A stretch of DNA of 64,000 nucleotides. It comes from an uncultured Clostridia bacterium (GTDB taxonomy: Bacteria > Bacillota > Clostridia > Christensenellales > UBA1242). Positions 1 through 8,908 of the stretch are shown in pieces (within the stretch, counting starts at the first letter, position 1; each line of letters begins with the position of its first letter). Under the pieces are notes generated by a model. The model was not told where the DNA came from. It saw only the letters and a program-made list of their open reading frames with translations, and searched no databases. The stretch lies in the NCBI GenBank assembly GCA_944383415.1, contig CALWPK010000001.1, forward strand, positions 103,107 through 167,106, in the 5' to 3' direction. The translations under genes were made by a program, and so were the position numbers.

Positions 1-2058
1 GGTCGCAGGAGAGACGCTATCTAGCGCACCTATCGGAAGCGCCCCTCCCTCGATTATTTCAATATTACCATCTCGCTTGACGAGTCCGAATGGAGACCCT
101 ACCTTGATGAAATCTGCTATCTCATTGTTTAAATCTATTATGCACACGTCCAGTGTGGAATAATTTTCTTGATTGTTTATCGCGAGGAGTTTATTCACAC
201 TTTCTAGCACCACATCATTTTCAAAGCCGACCTTGTAAAAATCTTCGATGAGTCCAAGCGTGGTAGCACTCATTTTATGTGCACCCTTTCCGCTACCCAT
301 TCCATCACACAATGCCAAGAGAAATCTATCACCTCCAAGTCTTATGATGCTATGGCAATCTCCAGACTCTAGATTGCCAGACTTGTTGCAACCAGCGAGT
401 CCAAACACGCAATCATATTTATTTTTCCGTCGTAATGTCACTGAGAAAAAGTCTCCCTCCTCAATAGGAACAATGCTGGTGATCTCCATCTGTATTTTCA
501 AAACTTCTGTCATCACCTTTTCTATCAGAGGATTATATATCTCTTGATTCTTCATAATCAACACCGCACTGATATTTTCGTCCTTTTCTGTGTATAGAAG
601 CACCTCTTTGCATTCGATGTTGAGACTCAGTAGTCTAGAAATGATCTTGTTTTCCCGCGCTATGTCGAAACTGACGTTCGTATCTATCTCGTCCCCAATA
701 TCCAAAAGCAGTCGCGACACCGCGCCCATCTGATCTGCTAGCAAGATTTTCACATTATTGACGTCTGCTAGCATATTCTTGTATTGCTTGTATTCACTAC
801 TTAGCCTATTGATAAGACTAATTAAATTGTTTATTTTGCCACACCTATTGCTCAGTCCACTAGGGATGTCTAGCAAAGTCACCTTTCCTTTCGTGACCGC
901 TATTTCTATCAAAAGTTCTAGACTTGATTTATTGTCCGTGCCCAACGAACGTGTACATCTATTTTTGTCCAAGCAGTCTTTACAGCACGTGTTCATTATC
1001 TCTCGCGTGAGCATAGCGATGAGTTCCTCTTTCGTCAGATCCTTTTTCACCATATTGAGATGAATCTGTTTCATATCTAGGAACACATTGCTCAGTTCGC
1101 TCATACGTTTGCGAATATTTTTCCGAGTGGTGTTGATGAGATTTCGCGATGACAGTTCACTCTTCTTGACATACACAAAATCTGAAAAACTATTGAGAAT
1201 TTTGTTCGGAATGCACAAAAATATTAATCCCGCGAGCAATATTGGAAGGACGTTGAAAAATAAATTCATCCCATCATTGAAAAAGTAGAGTTGCAAAAAG
1301 ACGTCTGACAAAACCACTACGAACACGATTTTGAATTTTGATGGCATTGAAAACAGGTTGGCAACGAGCGTCAGGAGCGCAAACTCCGCGAGAGGCAATA
1401 GATTCAAACTCCCTAGCCCCACCCCCAAAGAAAATGACAGCGTGATAGCGAAAGTCATTGTCGCGTTTCCTGTGGATACGAATAGGAAGATCACACATAT
1501 CAGCACGAAGCGATATATTGAAAATTCATAAATATATATAGGCGCCAATCCTATCGCTAGTATTGCAATTGCGAATAGGAAACACACGCTTTCATTCAAT
1601 GTCAGTTTGAAACAATTTTTTCTAAGCAACAATACGTGCAACACTATGATGAATACATATAAGCATATTAGCCCAAGTGCAATGTAATATAGAAGTGACA
1701 AAAATTGTGAGTAATGATAGTATATATATGTTGCTAAACCTAATAGGTATGATAAAAATACCAAATATAGAGGAATTGGTCTCTTTATGAATTTGAAAAT
1801 ATAAAACACCACTAGCCCAACCGCAACCGCTGTGACATTAATTAGCAATGTATCGAGTGAAGGATCTACCGCGAGTGCAGAACAAAGAGTAAAAATTGAG
1901 AGCAACTTCTCTTCGCACCCTACGTATATCCCCGCAAAGAAAAATGCGAGCAAAAAGGGTGACAAATCGTTGATTTGCGCCCTAGATAGCACCAAACACA
2001 CGAAAAAAATAGCCAGATATTTTAATACAAATTTTTTTGAATTGCCTTTGATTTTCAT
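1..2058 (-). CDS. spoIIE: Stage II sporulation protein E (SpoIIE, PP2C-type phosphatase). The C-terminus runs off the window at nt 1.
   Basis: Absent from the ORF track because it is open at the window edge. My reverse-strand translation in the frame ending at nt 1 is stop-free where checked (1-600, 1200-1500, 1980-2058). ATG at 2058 (MKIKGNSKKFVLKYLAIFFVCLV) follows an AGGGGA RBS. The N-terminal half is hydrophobic and multi-TM. It is followed by FLLALCDGMGSGKGAHKMSATT, STLDVCIIDLNNE and GGALPIGAL, typical of the SpoIIE PP2C domain. Confidence 0.85.
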   Translation of the reverse strand, partial: MKIKGNSKKFVLKYLAIFFVCLVLSRAQINDLSPFLLAFFFAGIYVGCEEKLLSIFTLCSALAVDPSLDTLLINVTAVAVGLVVFYIFKFIKRPIPLYLVFLSYLLGLATYIYYHYSQFLSLLYYIALGLICLYVFIIVLHVLLLRKNCFKLTLNESVCFLFAIAILAIGLAPIYIYEFSIYRFVLICVIFLFVSTGNATMTFAITLSFSLGVGLGSLNLLPLAEFALLTLVANLFSMPSKFKIVFVVVLSDVFLQLYFFNDGMNLFFNVLPILLAGLIFLCIPNKILNSFSDFVYVKKSELSSRNLINTTRKNIRKRMSELSNVFLDMKQIHLNMVKKDLTKEELIAMLTREIMNTCCKDCLDKNRCTRSLGTDNKSSLELLIEIAVTKGKVTLLDIPSGLSNRCGKINNLISLINRLSSEYKQYKNMLADVNNVKILLADQMGAVSRLLLDIGDEIDTNVSFDIARENKIISRLLSLNIECKEVLLYTEKDENISAVLIMKNQEIYNPLIEKVMTEVLKIQMEITSIVPIEEGDFFSVTLRRKNKYDCVFGLAGCNKSGNLESGDCHSIIRLGGDRFLLALCDGMGSGKGAHKMSATTLGLIEDFYKVGFENDVVLESVNKLLAINNQENYSTLDVCIIDLNNEIADFIKVGSPFGLVKRDGNIEIIEGGALPIGALDSVSPAT

Positions 2059-2116
2059 ATTTCCCCTAACCTCTTAATACACTAACACATTGAATTTCGA
2101 TTTTCACAACAATTCT

Positions 2117-2123
2117 TGTCGAA
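2117..2123 (+). promoter_or_regulatory. Candidate Spo0A box (TGTCGAA) about 60 nt upstream of the spoIIE start
   Basis: Exact 7-mer TGTCGAA. spoIIE is a classic Spo0A-activated gene in Bacillus. A 7-mer can occur by chance. Confidence 0.3.
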
Positions 2124-2191
2124 TAAAAAGATAAATCTACCTTTTTGGTTGAAAATAAAATCTTTTATCTTGCTATTCGCTCGCTTTTTTC

Positions 2192-2220
2192 TTGACAAAC
2201 GAAATTTTTATTGATAAAAT
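2192..2220 (+). promoter_or_regulatory. Sigma-A-type promoter for the pheS leader
   Basis: TTGACA (2192-2197), 17-nt spacer, TAAAAT (2215-2220). Confidence 0.5.
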
Positions 2221-2519
2221 GATAATGCAATTATATTGCACAATAAAGACTATGACGATGTGTAAGTAGCAACTAGTTTTCATCCTGAGAGGACACCCTT
2301 AGAAAGCAAGGTGACTATGTTCAGACTAATTGTGAATTTCAGCATCTGAGTCGCACTCGGTAAACGCATTTGTTTAAAACGAGGCTCAATTCGAATGCCC
2401 ACACGCATTTGAATTGCTTGAAGCCTCTATATGTATTCAGCAAATGTGATTAAGAGTCGCCAGACAAAACTGTGAAAATGTCAATAAGGTTCATAAACTA
2501 ATATCGCACAGCCCAAAAT

Positions 2520-2948
2520 TCGCACTCTCACCAAGATAGAGCGAACAAACGAGCAATATCGCTGTTCGCTGAATGTAGTGAAGCGAACGAGAAAGAGCGT
2601 TCACTCAAGGCTCCCACAAGCACCTAAAAGCAAGCAATTTGCCAAAAGATCTAGTTAGGATTATTTGGGGCCCCCACAAGCACTAGTGCGCAGTGGGGAA
2701 GAGGAGCGACAGATCAAAGAGGCTATAATTGCGTTAGCAATTTGCCAAAAGATCTAGTTGCGACGAGCGGTGGGAAAAGCGAACAAACAAACTTTAGGTG
2801 ATGTTCGCTAAACGAAGTTTCGCGAACGAATAAAAGTGCATTCATTCAGGGCTCCCACAAGTGTCGTAAGATACGCGGTGGGAAAAGCGAACAAACAAAC
2901 TTTAGGTGATGTTCGCTAAACGAAGTTTCGCGAACGAATAAAAGTGCA
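2520..2948 (+). repeat. Mosaic hairpin-repeat insertion inside the T-box leader (H, D-like and other modules). Includes a 74-bp exact-looking direct repeat with 108-bp period.
   Basis: H units are at 2667-2698 (GGGGCCCCCAC..GTGGGG) and 2849-2883 (GGGCTCCCAC-AAGTGTCGTAAGATACGCG-GTGGGA). The D-like module spans 2699-2766. GCGGTGGGAAAAGCGAACAAACAAACTTTAGGTGATGTTCGCTAAACGAAGTTTCGCGAACGAATAAAAGTGCA occurs at 2767-2840 and again at 2875-2948. Confidence 0.8.
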
Positions 2949-2983
2949 GTTTGTGAGCGCAATTAGGTGGTACCACGAGATTC

Positions 2984-3012
2984 CCTCGTCCTAATATTAG
3001 GGCGAGTTTTTT
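2984..3012 (+). terminator. T-box attenuator terminator
   Basis: GC-rich hairpin followed by TTTTTT, immediately 3' of the T-box sequence and 60 nt before the pheS ATG. Confidence 0.7.
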
Positions 3013-3072
3013 AAATACCACTTGAAATTCAAATATCACAAGTCCAAGTCTCAAGATTAAAAAGGAGAATTT

Positions 3073-4095
3073 ATGAAAGAAAAGATACAAGAAATTTTGA
3101 AATACACCCTAGACACGATAGACAAAATCAACACCAGTGCTGAATGCCAAAATTTGCGCGTAGAGATTTTAGGCAAGAACGGCAAGATCACTCAACTATT
3201 CCGCTTTATGAAAGAGGTGAACCCCGAAGAAAAGCAGGCAATGGGACAACTCTTGAACAACGCGAAACAAGAGGCTGAAAGGATGATTTCCAGCAAAGAG
3301 ATTTTTTTGCAAAATGCCGAACTGGAAGAAAAATTGATGAAAGAAAAAATTGACGTCACGCTTGACCTGAATCAAGAGGAGGTCGGTGCACTCCACCCTA
3401 TTTCTATCGACTTTATGAGAATGGCAGAAATCCTGAACGGTATGGGGTTTTCTCAAATAGACGGCCCTGAGATTGATTATGACAAATACAATTTCGAACT
3501 AGTGAATGTGCCGAAAGATCACCCATCTCGTGATATGCAGGATAGTCTATATATCACTAGTGATATCCTGCTCCGTACGCAGACATCAAACACGCAACCT
3601 CGTGCTATGGAAAAGATCAAACCACCATTCAAAGTCTTCAGTTTCGGTAGAGTGTTTCGAAAAGACGAAATAGATGCCACCCATACCCCTGCGTTTTATC
3701 AACTAGAAGGAATCTATATAGACAAAAAGGTGAGCCTCGCCGATCTAAAGCACGATTTGAGTTTGATCCTCAAAAAGTATTTAGGCGAAAGCACCAAGAC
3801 GAAATTCAGAGCATCCTATTTCCCTTTCACCGAGCCTAGCGTAGAGGTGGACGCAGAATGCAATGTATGTAAGGGGAAAGGTTGTTCTGCCTGCAAAGGT
3901 GCTGGTCAATACGAAATCTTGGGCGCAGGGATGATTCATCCGCACGTGCTTGAGATGAATGGAATCGATCCAAACGAATATAGCGGATATGCATTTGGAT
4001 TCGGATTCGACCGCTTCCCAAAAATGCGCTATAAAATCCCAAATGCGAAAGTAATGTTCGAAAACGATGTCAGATTCATCAGACAATTTAGATAA
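3073..4095 (+). CDS. pheS: Phenylalanine--tRNA ligase alpha subunit
   Basis: 340-aa ORF with RBS AAAGGAGAA. Class II aaRS motifs are present (HPISIDF, FRKDEIDATHTPAFYQLEG, GAGMIHPHVL, GFGFDRF). Confidence 0.97.
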   Translation: MKEKIQEILKYTLDTIDKINTSAECQNLRVEILGKNGKITQLFRFMKEVNPEEKQAMGQLLNNAKQEAERMISSKEIFLQNAELEEKLMKEKIDVTLDLNQEEVGALHPISIDFMRMAEILNGMGFSQIDGPEIDYDKYNFELVNVPKDHPSRDMQDSLYITSDILLRTQTSNTQPRAMEKIKPPFKVFSFGRVFRKDEIDATHTPAFYQLEGIYIDKKVSLADLKHDLSLILKKYLGESTKTKFRASYFPFTEPSVEVDAECNVCKGKGCSACKGAGQYEILGAGMIHPHVLEMNGIDPNEYSGYAFGFGFDRFPKMRYKIPNAKVMFENDVRFIRQFR

Positions 4096-4338
4096 ATTGA
4101 CTGGGAATCTAACGAAGTTTCCTGCCGATCTTAGGAGGCAGTGTACGACGAGGATTCATCAGACAATTTAGATAAATTGGCTAGGAATCTGACGAAGTTT
4201 CCTGCCGACCTTAAGAGGCAGTGTACGACGAAGATTCATTAGACAATTTAGATAAATTGGCTGGGAATCTGACGAAGTTTCCTGCCGACCTTAGGAGGTA
4301 GTGTACGACGAAGATTCATTAGGCAATTTAAGTAAATA
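4066..4338 (+). repeat. 80-bp tandem repeat, 3 full copies plus a partial one. Each copy restarts with a copy of the last ~26 nt of pheS.
   Basis: GATTCAT(C/T)AG(A/G)CAATTTA(G/A)(A/G)TAAAT recurs at 4073, 4153, 4233 and 4313, an exact 80-nt period. Each unit also carries the hairpin CTGCC-GA(T/C)CTTA(G/A)GA-GGCAG and the motif GTACGACGA(G/A)G. Confidence 0.9.
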
Positions 4339-4494
4339 TAAAATATAATGTGACCATCATTACAATATAAATGTTGAAAAAAAATAAGAATTTTAAAAGT
4401 ATAGATGGATTCAAAATTTAACTTTTTAATTCGGTCAAAATAAAAAATCGCGAAAAATCAACAAATTAATTTGATAACCTAGAAAGGAGAAAAT

Positions 4495-6867
4495 ATGAAA
4501 GTTTTATTATCGTGGATTAATGATTATGTGGACACGAGCAGTATAGAATTGAAAACACTTACAAAAGGACTCACTGATGCAGGTTTCGAAGTGGAAGATG
4601 TCATTGACAAAGCGAAGGGATTGGAAAAAGTGGTGGTATCAAAAATCACCGATATTCGTCCGCATCCAAATGCTGATAAACTCGTGATTTGCTCGGCTGA
4701 TTATGGATTCGGCAAGACTGAGATCGTGACGCACGCTACGAATATGAAAACGGGTGATCTCGTGCCACTTGCTTTGGTCGGTGCTCATTTACCTAATGGT
4801 GCGGAAATCAAGAGCGGAAATCTACGAGGAGTGGAAAGCAATGGGATGTTTTGTGCAGGAGAAGAATTAGGAATAGACAACTCCATTTACCCAAATGCCG
4901 AAGTTGACGGACTCCTCATACTTGAAAGCGGATTGAAACTGGGCACTCCTATTGCTGAAGTACTGAAACTAGACGAGATTGTGCTGGATATCAACGTGTT
5001 GCCAAACCGTGCCGATTGCAACTCAATATACGGCATTGCAAAAGAGATTGGCGCAATATTTTCGCTACCGATCAAACCTCTTGATCTGACGTACAAGACC
5101 AATTCGAGCAAAAAAATTGACGTAGACGTACTAGACTACGATCTCTGCCCTAGATATGAGGCAACTGTTGTCGAAAATGTAAAAAATGGTGCATCTCCAG
5201 ACTGGATGCAGAGGAGGCTTAAGTTGCTCGATCACTCCCCTCACTCGCTATATGTAGATATCACGAACTATGTTTTACTTGAAGTCGGTCAACCTATGCA
5301 CGCATTTGATTTATCCAAAATTGAAGGCGGAAAGATCATTGTGAGGAGAGCAAAAGCGAATGAAAAACTGCTCGCTCTTGACAACAATGAATACACGCTC
5401 AATGAAAACAACCTAGTGATTGCGAATGCGGTCACACCAATGGTCATCGCAGGCATTATGGGAGGAGTGCATAGCGGAACATATCCCGACACGAAAAATG
5501 TGTTGCTAGAATCTGCGAATTTCCATTTTGCGAACATCAGACGCTCCTCACACGCATTAGGTCTAAGTAGTGACAGTTCTATTCGCTATTCCAAAGGCGT
5601 AAATATTGGCAACACTGATATTGGGATGAAGCGTGCGCTCAACCTTATCTCGAAATTGAATGCTGGAGATATCTCTAGCGTAACTGTGGACAAAAATTGT
5701 GGACTGCCAAACTTAAGTACTGTGGAAAGCAAGGTTCAGAGTATTAATGATAGACTTGGACTAAATATTGATAAGGTTCAAATGATAGAGATATTGAATA
5801 GATTGGGTATTAATACAATTTCCAAAGGTGAAACTCTAATTAGCACCATTCCAGAGGAGCGAACCGACATTGAGCGTGAGTGTGATATCTGCGAAGAGGT
5901 AGGAAGAATATATGGTTTGGACAACATCAGCATAGATGACAGCACTGCAACAGATTTCTCCACTGTAGGTGAACTGACTGTGGAGCAAAAAAATATCAAT
6001 AGGCTAAAAATTGCCAGCGCGATGTATGGATACAACGAAACTCTCACCTGGCAATTCGGCGGTCCGAAACTGATTGCCTCCGCCCTGATGGACGAAAACG
6101 AACATATCAAGATCGCCAACCCTATTGGTCAAGACTATAGCATTATGCGTAGAAGCCTCATTCCGAATATGCTCAACACCATTTCTTTCAACCTAAAGCA
6201 AGGGAACAAAGATTTGAAATTGTTTGAACTCGCCCGTGTATTTATTCCAAAGCAACTGCCTATCACAGAACTGCCTGATGAGCACAACAATTTATGCATT
6301 AGCCTCACTGGAGATTATGATTTCTACCGACTTAAAAACGATTTAAACAAAATTTTGGCGAGCATTGGGATAAAACTAGAATATCGTGCTAGTCAACGCC
6401 AGCAGATGCATCCAGGAATATGCGCGGATGTATATCTATACAATCGACCAATTGGCGTGATTGGCGAGGTTCATCCTAAAGTTAGGAAGAATTTTGACAT
6501 TGCTCAAAAAGTGTTTGTTGCAGAAATCAATCTGACAAATGCCATCACTAGACTAAATGACAGACACACAGGCAATGCTCCAGAAAAATTGCCACACATC
6601 AGTCGTGATCTGGCAATCGTGCTTGACAAAGATGTCCCTGCTAGCAAAATCATTGAGACCGCTATAAAAGCAGACAGGCAAAATGTCGTAGAATGCAAAA
6701 TATTTGATGTGTATATGTCTGAATCTTTAGGAGAGAATAAGAAAAGTGTAGCAATGAGCCTAAGCATTCGTCAGGGTGAAAAACCGCTCAGCGAAAATGA
6801 AATTACCCCTATCGTGAATAGAGTGTTGGATGCAGAGATCAAGAATTTGAAAGCAAAATTGAGATAA
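4495..6867 (+). CDS. pheT: Phenylalanine--tRNA ligase beta subunit
   Basis: 790-aa ORF with RBS AAAGGAGAA. It has an N-terminal tRNA-binding domain, B3/4 and B5 regions, and a C-terminal FDX-ACB-like end. It lies downstream of pheS. Confidence 0.97.
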   Translation: MKVLLSWINDYVDTSSIELKTLTKGLTDAGFEVEDVIDKAKGLEKVVVSKITDIRPHPNADKLVICSADYGFGKTEIVTHATNMKTGDLVPLALVGAHLPNGAEIKSGNLRGVESNGMFCAGEELGIDNSIYPNAEVDGLLILESGLKLGTPIAEVLKLDEIVLDINVLPNRADCNSIYGIAKEIGAIFSLPIKPLDLTYKTNSSKKIDVDVLDYDLCPRYEATVVENVKNGASPDWMQRRLKLLDHSPHSLYVDITNYVLLEVGQPMHAFDLSKIEGGKIIVRRAKANEKLLALDNNEYTLNENNLVIANAVTPMVIAGIMGGVHSGTYPDTKNVLLESANFHFANIRRSSHALGLSSDSSIRYSKGVNIGNTDIGMKRALNLISKLNAGDISSVTVDKNCGLPNLSTVESKVQSINDRLGLNIDKVQMIEILNRLGINTISKGETLISTIPEERTDIERECDICEEVGRIYGLDNISIDDSTATDFSTVGELTVEQKNINRLKIASAMYGYNETLTWQFGGPKLIASALMDENEHIKIANPIGQDYSIMRRSLIPNMLNTISFNLKQGNKDLKLFELARVFIPKQLPITELPDEHNNLCISLTGDYDFYRLKNDLNKILASIGIKLEYRASQRQQMHPGICADVYLYNRPIGVIGEVHPKVRKNFDIAQKVFVAEINLTNAITRLNDRHTGNAPEKLPHISRDLAIVLDKDVPASKIIETAIKADRQNVVECKIFDVYMSESLGENKKSVAMSLSIRQGEKPLSENEITPIVNRVLDAEIKNLKAKLR

Positions 6868-7642
6868 TCTATATAAACCTCATCAATTCGAGATTTAACC
6901 TCTGTAAAATTTATGACAAAATTCCACGAATAATAATTTATAATTAAATTCAAATCAGTCAATTGATAATCAAAATATCAATAATTAAACATAAAAAGTA
7001 AATAATTAATAAAACTAAATATATAATATCAATTATTGAATAAAAAAATATGTATAAATAAAAATGCGAAAAAATTAATAAAATTTCGCATTTTTTATTA
7101 AATTTTTGATATTTTTTGATTTTTTTATAATTTATATTTTTTTCGAGAAATTTTTTAATTGTATTTTTTGATTTTTTTATTGCATTATTTTGATGCGATT
7201 GTATTTATATAATTTAAAATTATTTCACTAATCTAAATTTATGCCATTCATACACTAAAATAATTTCAAGACTAGATCTATTTTGTTATATAATTACGAA
7301 TTTTCCTATTAGTAAAATTTTAATGTTCGTTTTTATTAATTCTTGTAAAATATTTGTTTTTAATTAATAATTGTCAATCTAATTTTTCATAATATATATT
7401 TTTTACTGAATTTTTAACTTATTTTTATATATTTTAATTAATTTTTTGTATTTTATAGCAAATTTAATTTTTGCATTTATTAGCAAATTTATATTTTAGA
7501 ATTGAATTCAAAATTCCTTTTTGAATTTATTAATATATCTATTCTTTCTTTAGTTTATATTTATATGAAATAATAGTGTAAAATATATTTCTTTCGTATA
7601 TGATATTTTTAGAAAACATTGTGAGATAAAATATTAGACGCA
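6868..7642. other. ORF-free, extremely AT-rich island (~775 bp) between the convergent 3' ends of pheT and the ger operon
   Basis: No ORF of 60 aa or more on the + strand beyond 6868. Sequence is almost entirely A/T with many oligo-T/oligo-A tracts. Confidence 0.8.
7064..7097 (+). terminator. Rho-independent terminator downstream of pheT
   Basis: ATGCGAAA-loop-TTTCGCAT followed by TTTTT. Confidence 0.55.
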
Positions 7643-8908
7643 CTAATTTTCGCTCTTCACATCTATACTGATCTGATAATCAATCTCGTTCAAATAATCT
7701 TCGCCAACTCTATCTAGATATTTTTCAAAATCTTTATTCTTTAGCGCATAAAAATGTTTGTACACTCCCAACAGATCTACCTTATTGTCTTGACAATACT
7801 CTATAATCTCTCGCATATCAGACTCCATTTTTTGCTTTATTTTCTCAATCAATGCGTTGGTCAAGAAATCTTGATTTCGTCTGAGGAGTCGTTCGCTAGG
7901 ATTTTCCTCTATCACTTCATCAATAAATACCGTAAGCGATACATCTGTTTTGTAAATGGGGATACCATCTTTAAAGTTTGGTTCTACAGCAATGTCTTTT
8001 TTCAAAATGTTGACGACCACTTTGGCATCATTATATATATGGTCGGTCACGTTTTCTACCACAACTGTGCCCTTCTGTGCATCATTTACAAAAATATTGG
8101 CTTTTTTCACCTCGTCCAAAGTCATATCTAGATAATGTTTGCCCTGTTTAAACAGACTGACAGTACCATCATTCATTATAAATTTTTTATTTTCTCCGCC
8201 ATCTCCTGTGCTGTTCATATCTGTACTGGATCCACTCGAACTTCCAGCATCTGCACTAGCCACCTCAATCGCATTGAATTCTTCAGTTGTGGCAAGTTTC
8301 ACCTTTGACATAATCCCTAGTGAAATCGGACTATAATATCCTATATAAAATGTTTCAATGTTGCTATCTTGCGTCAAAATATATCGTTTGTCAAAACTCA
8401 CGATTCTATCGAGTCGTAAAGACTTTTCAAGATTCAGATTCGCTACCGCCTGTGTAAAATCAATCACATCGCCCGTAAATGACACTAGCACTGCGTTTCT
8501 ACCCACCTTTTTGGTCCTCGTCATATAATCTAGCACTTGCATCACTCCTTCATCACAGATATTCTCTCCTAACGCCATAATTTTGCATTGCGCAAATCCC
8601 ATCTCCTTTCCCATAGCGAGCGAGATGCTATCCACAGCATATCCCAAAGTCTCTCCCTCTCCTGAATATACTTGAAAATTCGCTTTCTTGTCCTGAGACG
8701 GAGTCAGCACGGTAGTCGCGACCTTTATCTTGTCGTCCACTTTGTCTACACAAAGCATTGTCACTATCGCCTGAGTTTCGCTCATTGCTGATTTGTTGAA
8801 TGTCGGCACAGTAAAGATCAAAATCAATATAGACAACCACAGTACCAATTTTCTTGGACTAAATATTGACATTAATTTCTTTTTTATCTCTATTTTTTTC
8901 TCTTTCAT
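7643..8908 (-). CDS. Ger(x)C-family spore germination protein
   Basis: 421-aa ORF, last gene of a gerAA-AB-AC-type operon, with ATG at 8908 behind GAGGG. N-terminal hydrophobic anchor. The size and position fit the GerAC family. Confidence 0.7.
   Translation of the reverse strand: MKEKKIEIKKKLMSIFSPRKLVLWLSILILIFTVPTFNKSAMSETQAIVTMLCVDKVDDKIKVATTVLTPSQDKKANFQVYSGEGETLGYAVDSISLAMGKEMGFAQCKIMALGENICDEGVMQVLDYMTRTKKVGRNAVLVSFTGDVIDFTQAVANLNLEKSLRLDRIVSFDKRYILTQDSNIETFYIGYYSPISLGIMSKVKLATTEEFNAIEVASADAGSSSGSSTDMNSTGDGGENKKFIMNDGTVSLFKQGKHYLDMTLDEVKKANIFVNDAQKGTVVVENVTDHIYNDAKVVVNILKKDIAVEPNFKDGIPIYKTDVSLTVFIDEVIEENPSERLLRRNQDFLTNALIEKIKQKMESDMREIIEYCQDNKVDLLGVYKHFYALKNKDFEKYLDRVGEDYLNEIDYQISIDVKSEN

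Larger units (their letters stand above)
2255..3012 (+). promoter_or_regulatory. T-box leader (Phe specifier candidate) of pheS-pheT, unusually long because of inserted repeats
   Basis: The 3' part has the T-box sequence AATTAGGTGGTACCACG (2961-2977), then the terminator CCCTCGTCCT-AATATT-AGGGCGAG plus T6 (2984-3012). The 5' part has Stem-I-like elements: GACGATGTGTAAGTAG (K-turn-like, 2254-2269), GAGAGG (2287-2292), GGTGAC (2310-2315), and candidate specifier TTC-A at 2320-2323. This matches a Phe-tRNA synthetase operon. Confidence 0.65.

Noticed and set aside
248-2077. Plus-strand and out-of-frame ORFs in the track (248..547, 758..1063, 1088..1288, 1331..1531, 1832..2077, and 1274..1498 minus).
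   Set aside because: All lie inside the long minus-strand spoIIE reading frame, which has clear family motifs. They have no RBS or motifs.
4066-4338. Copies of the pheS 3' end downstream of the gene resembled a DGR template/variable repeat pair.
   Set aside because: Differences between copies are scattered transitions, not adenine-specific. The repeated gene segment is only ~26 nt including the stop. No reverse transcriptase gene is nearby.
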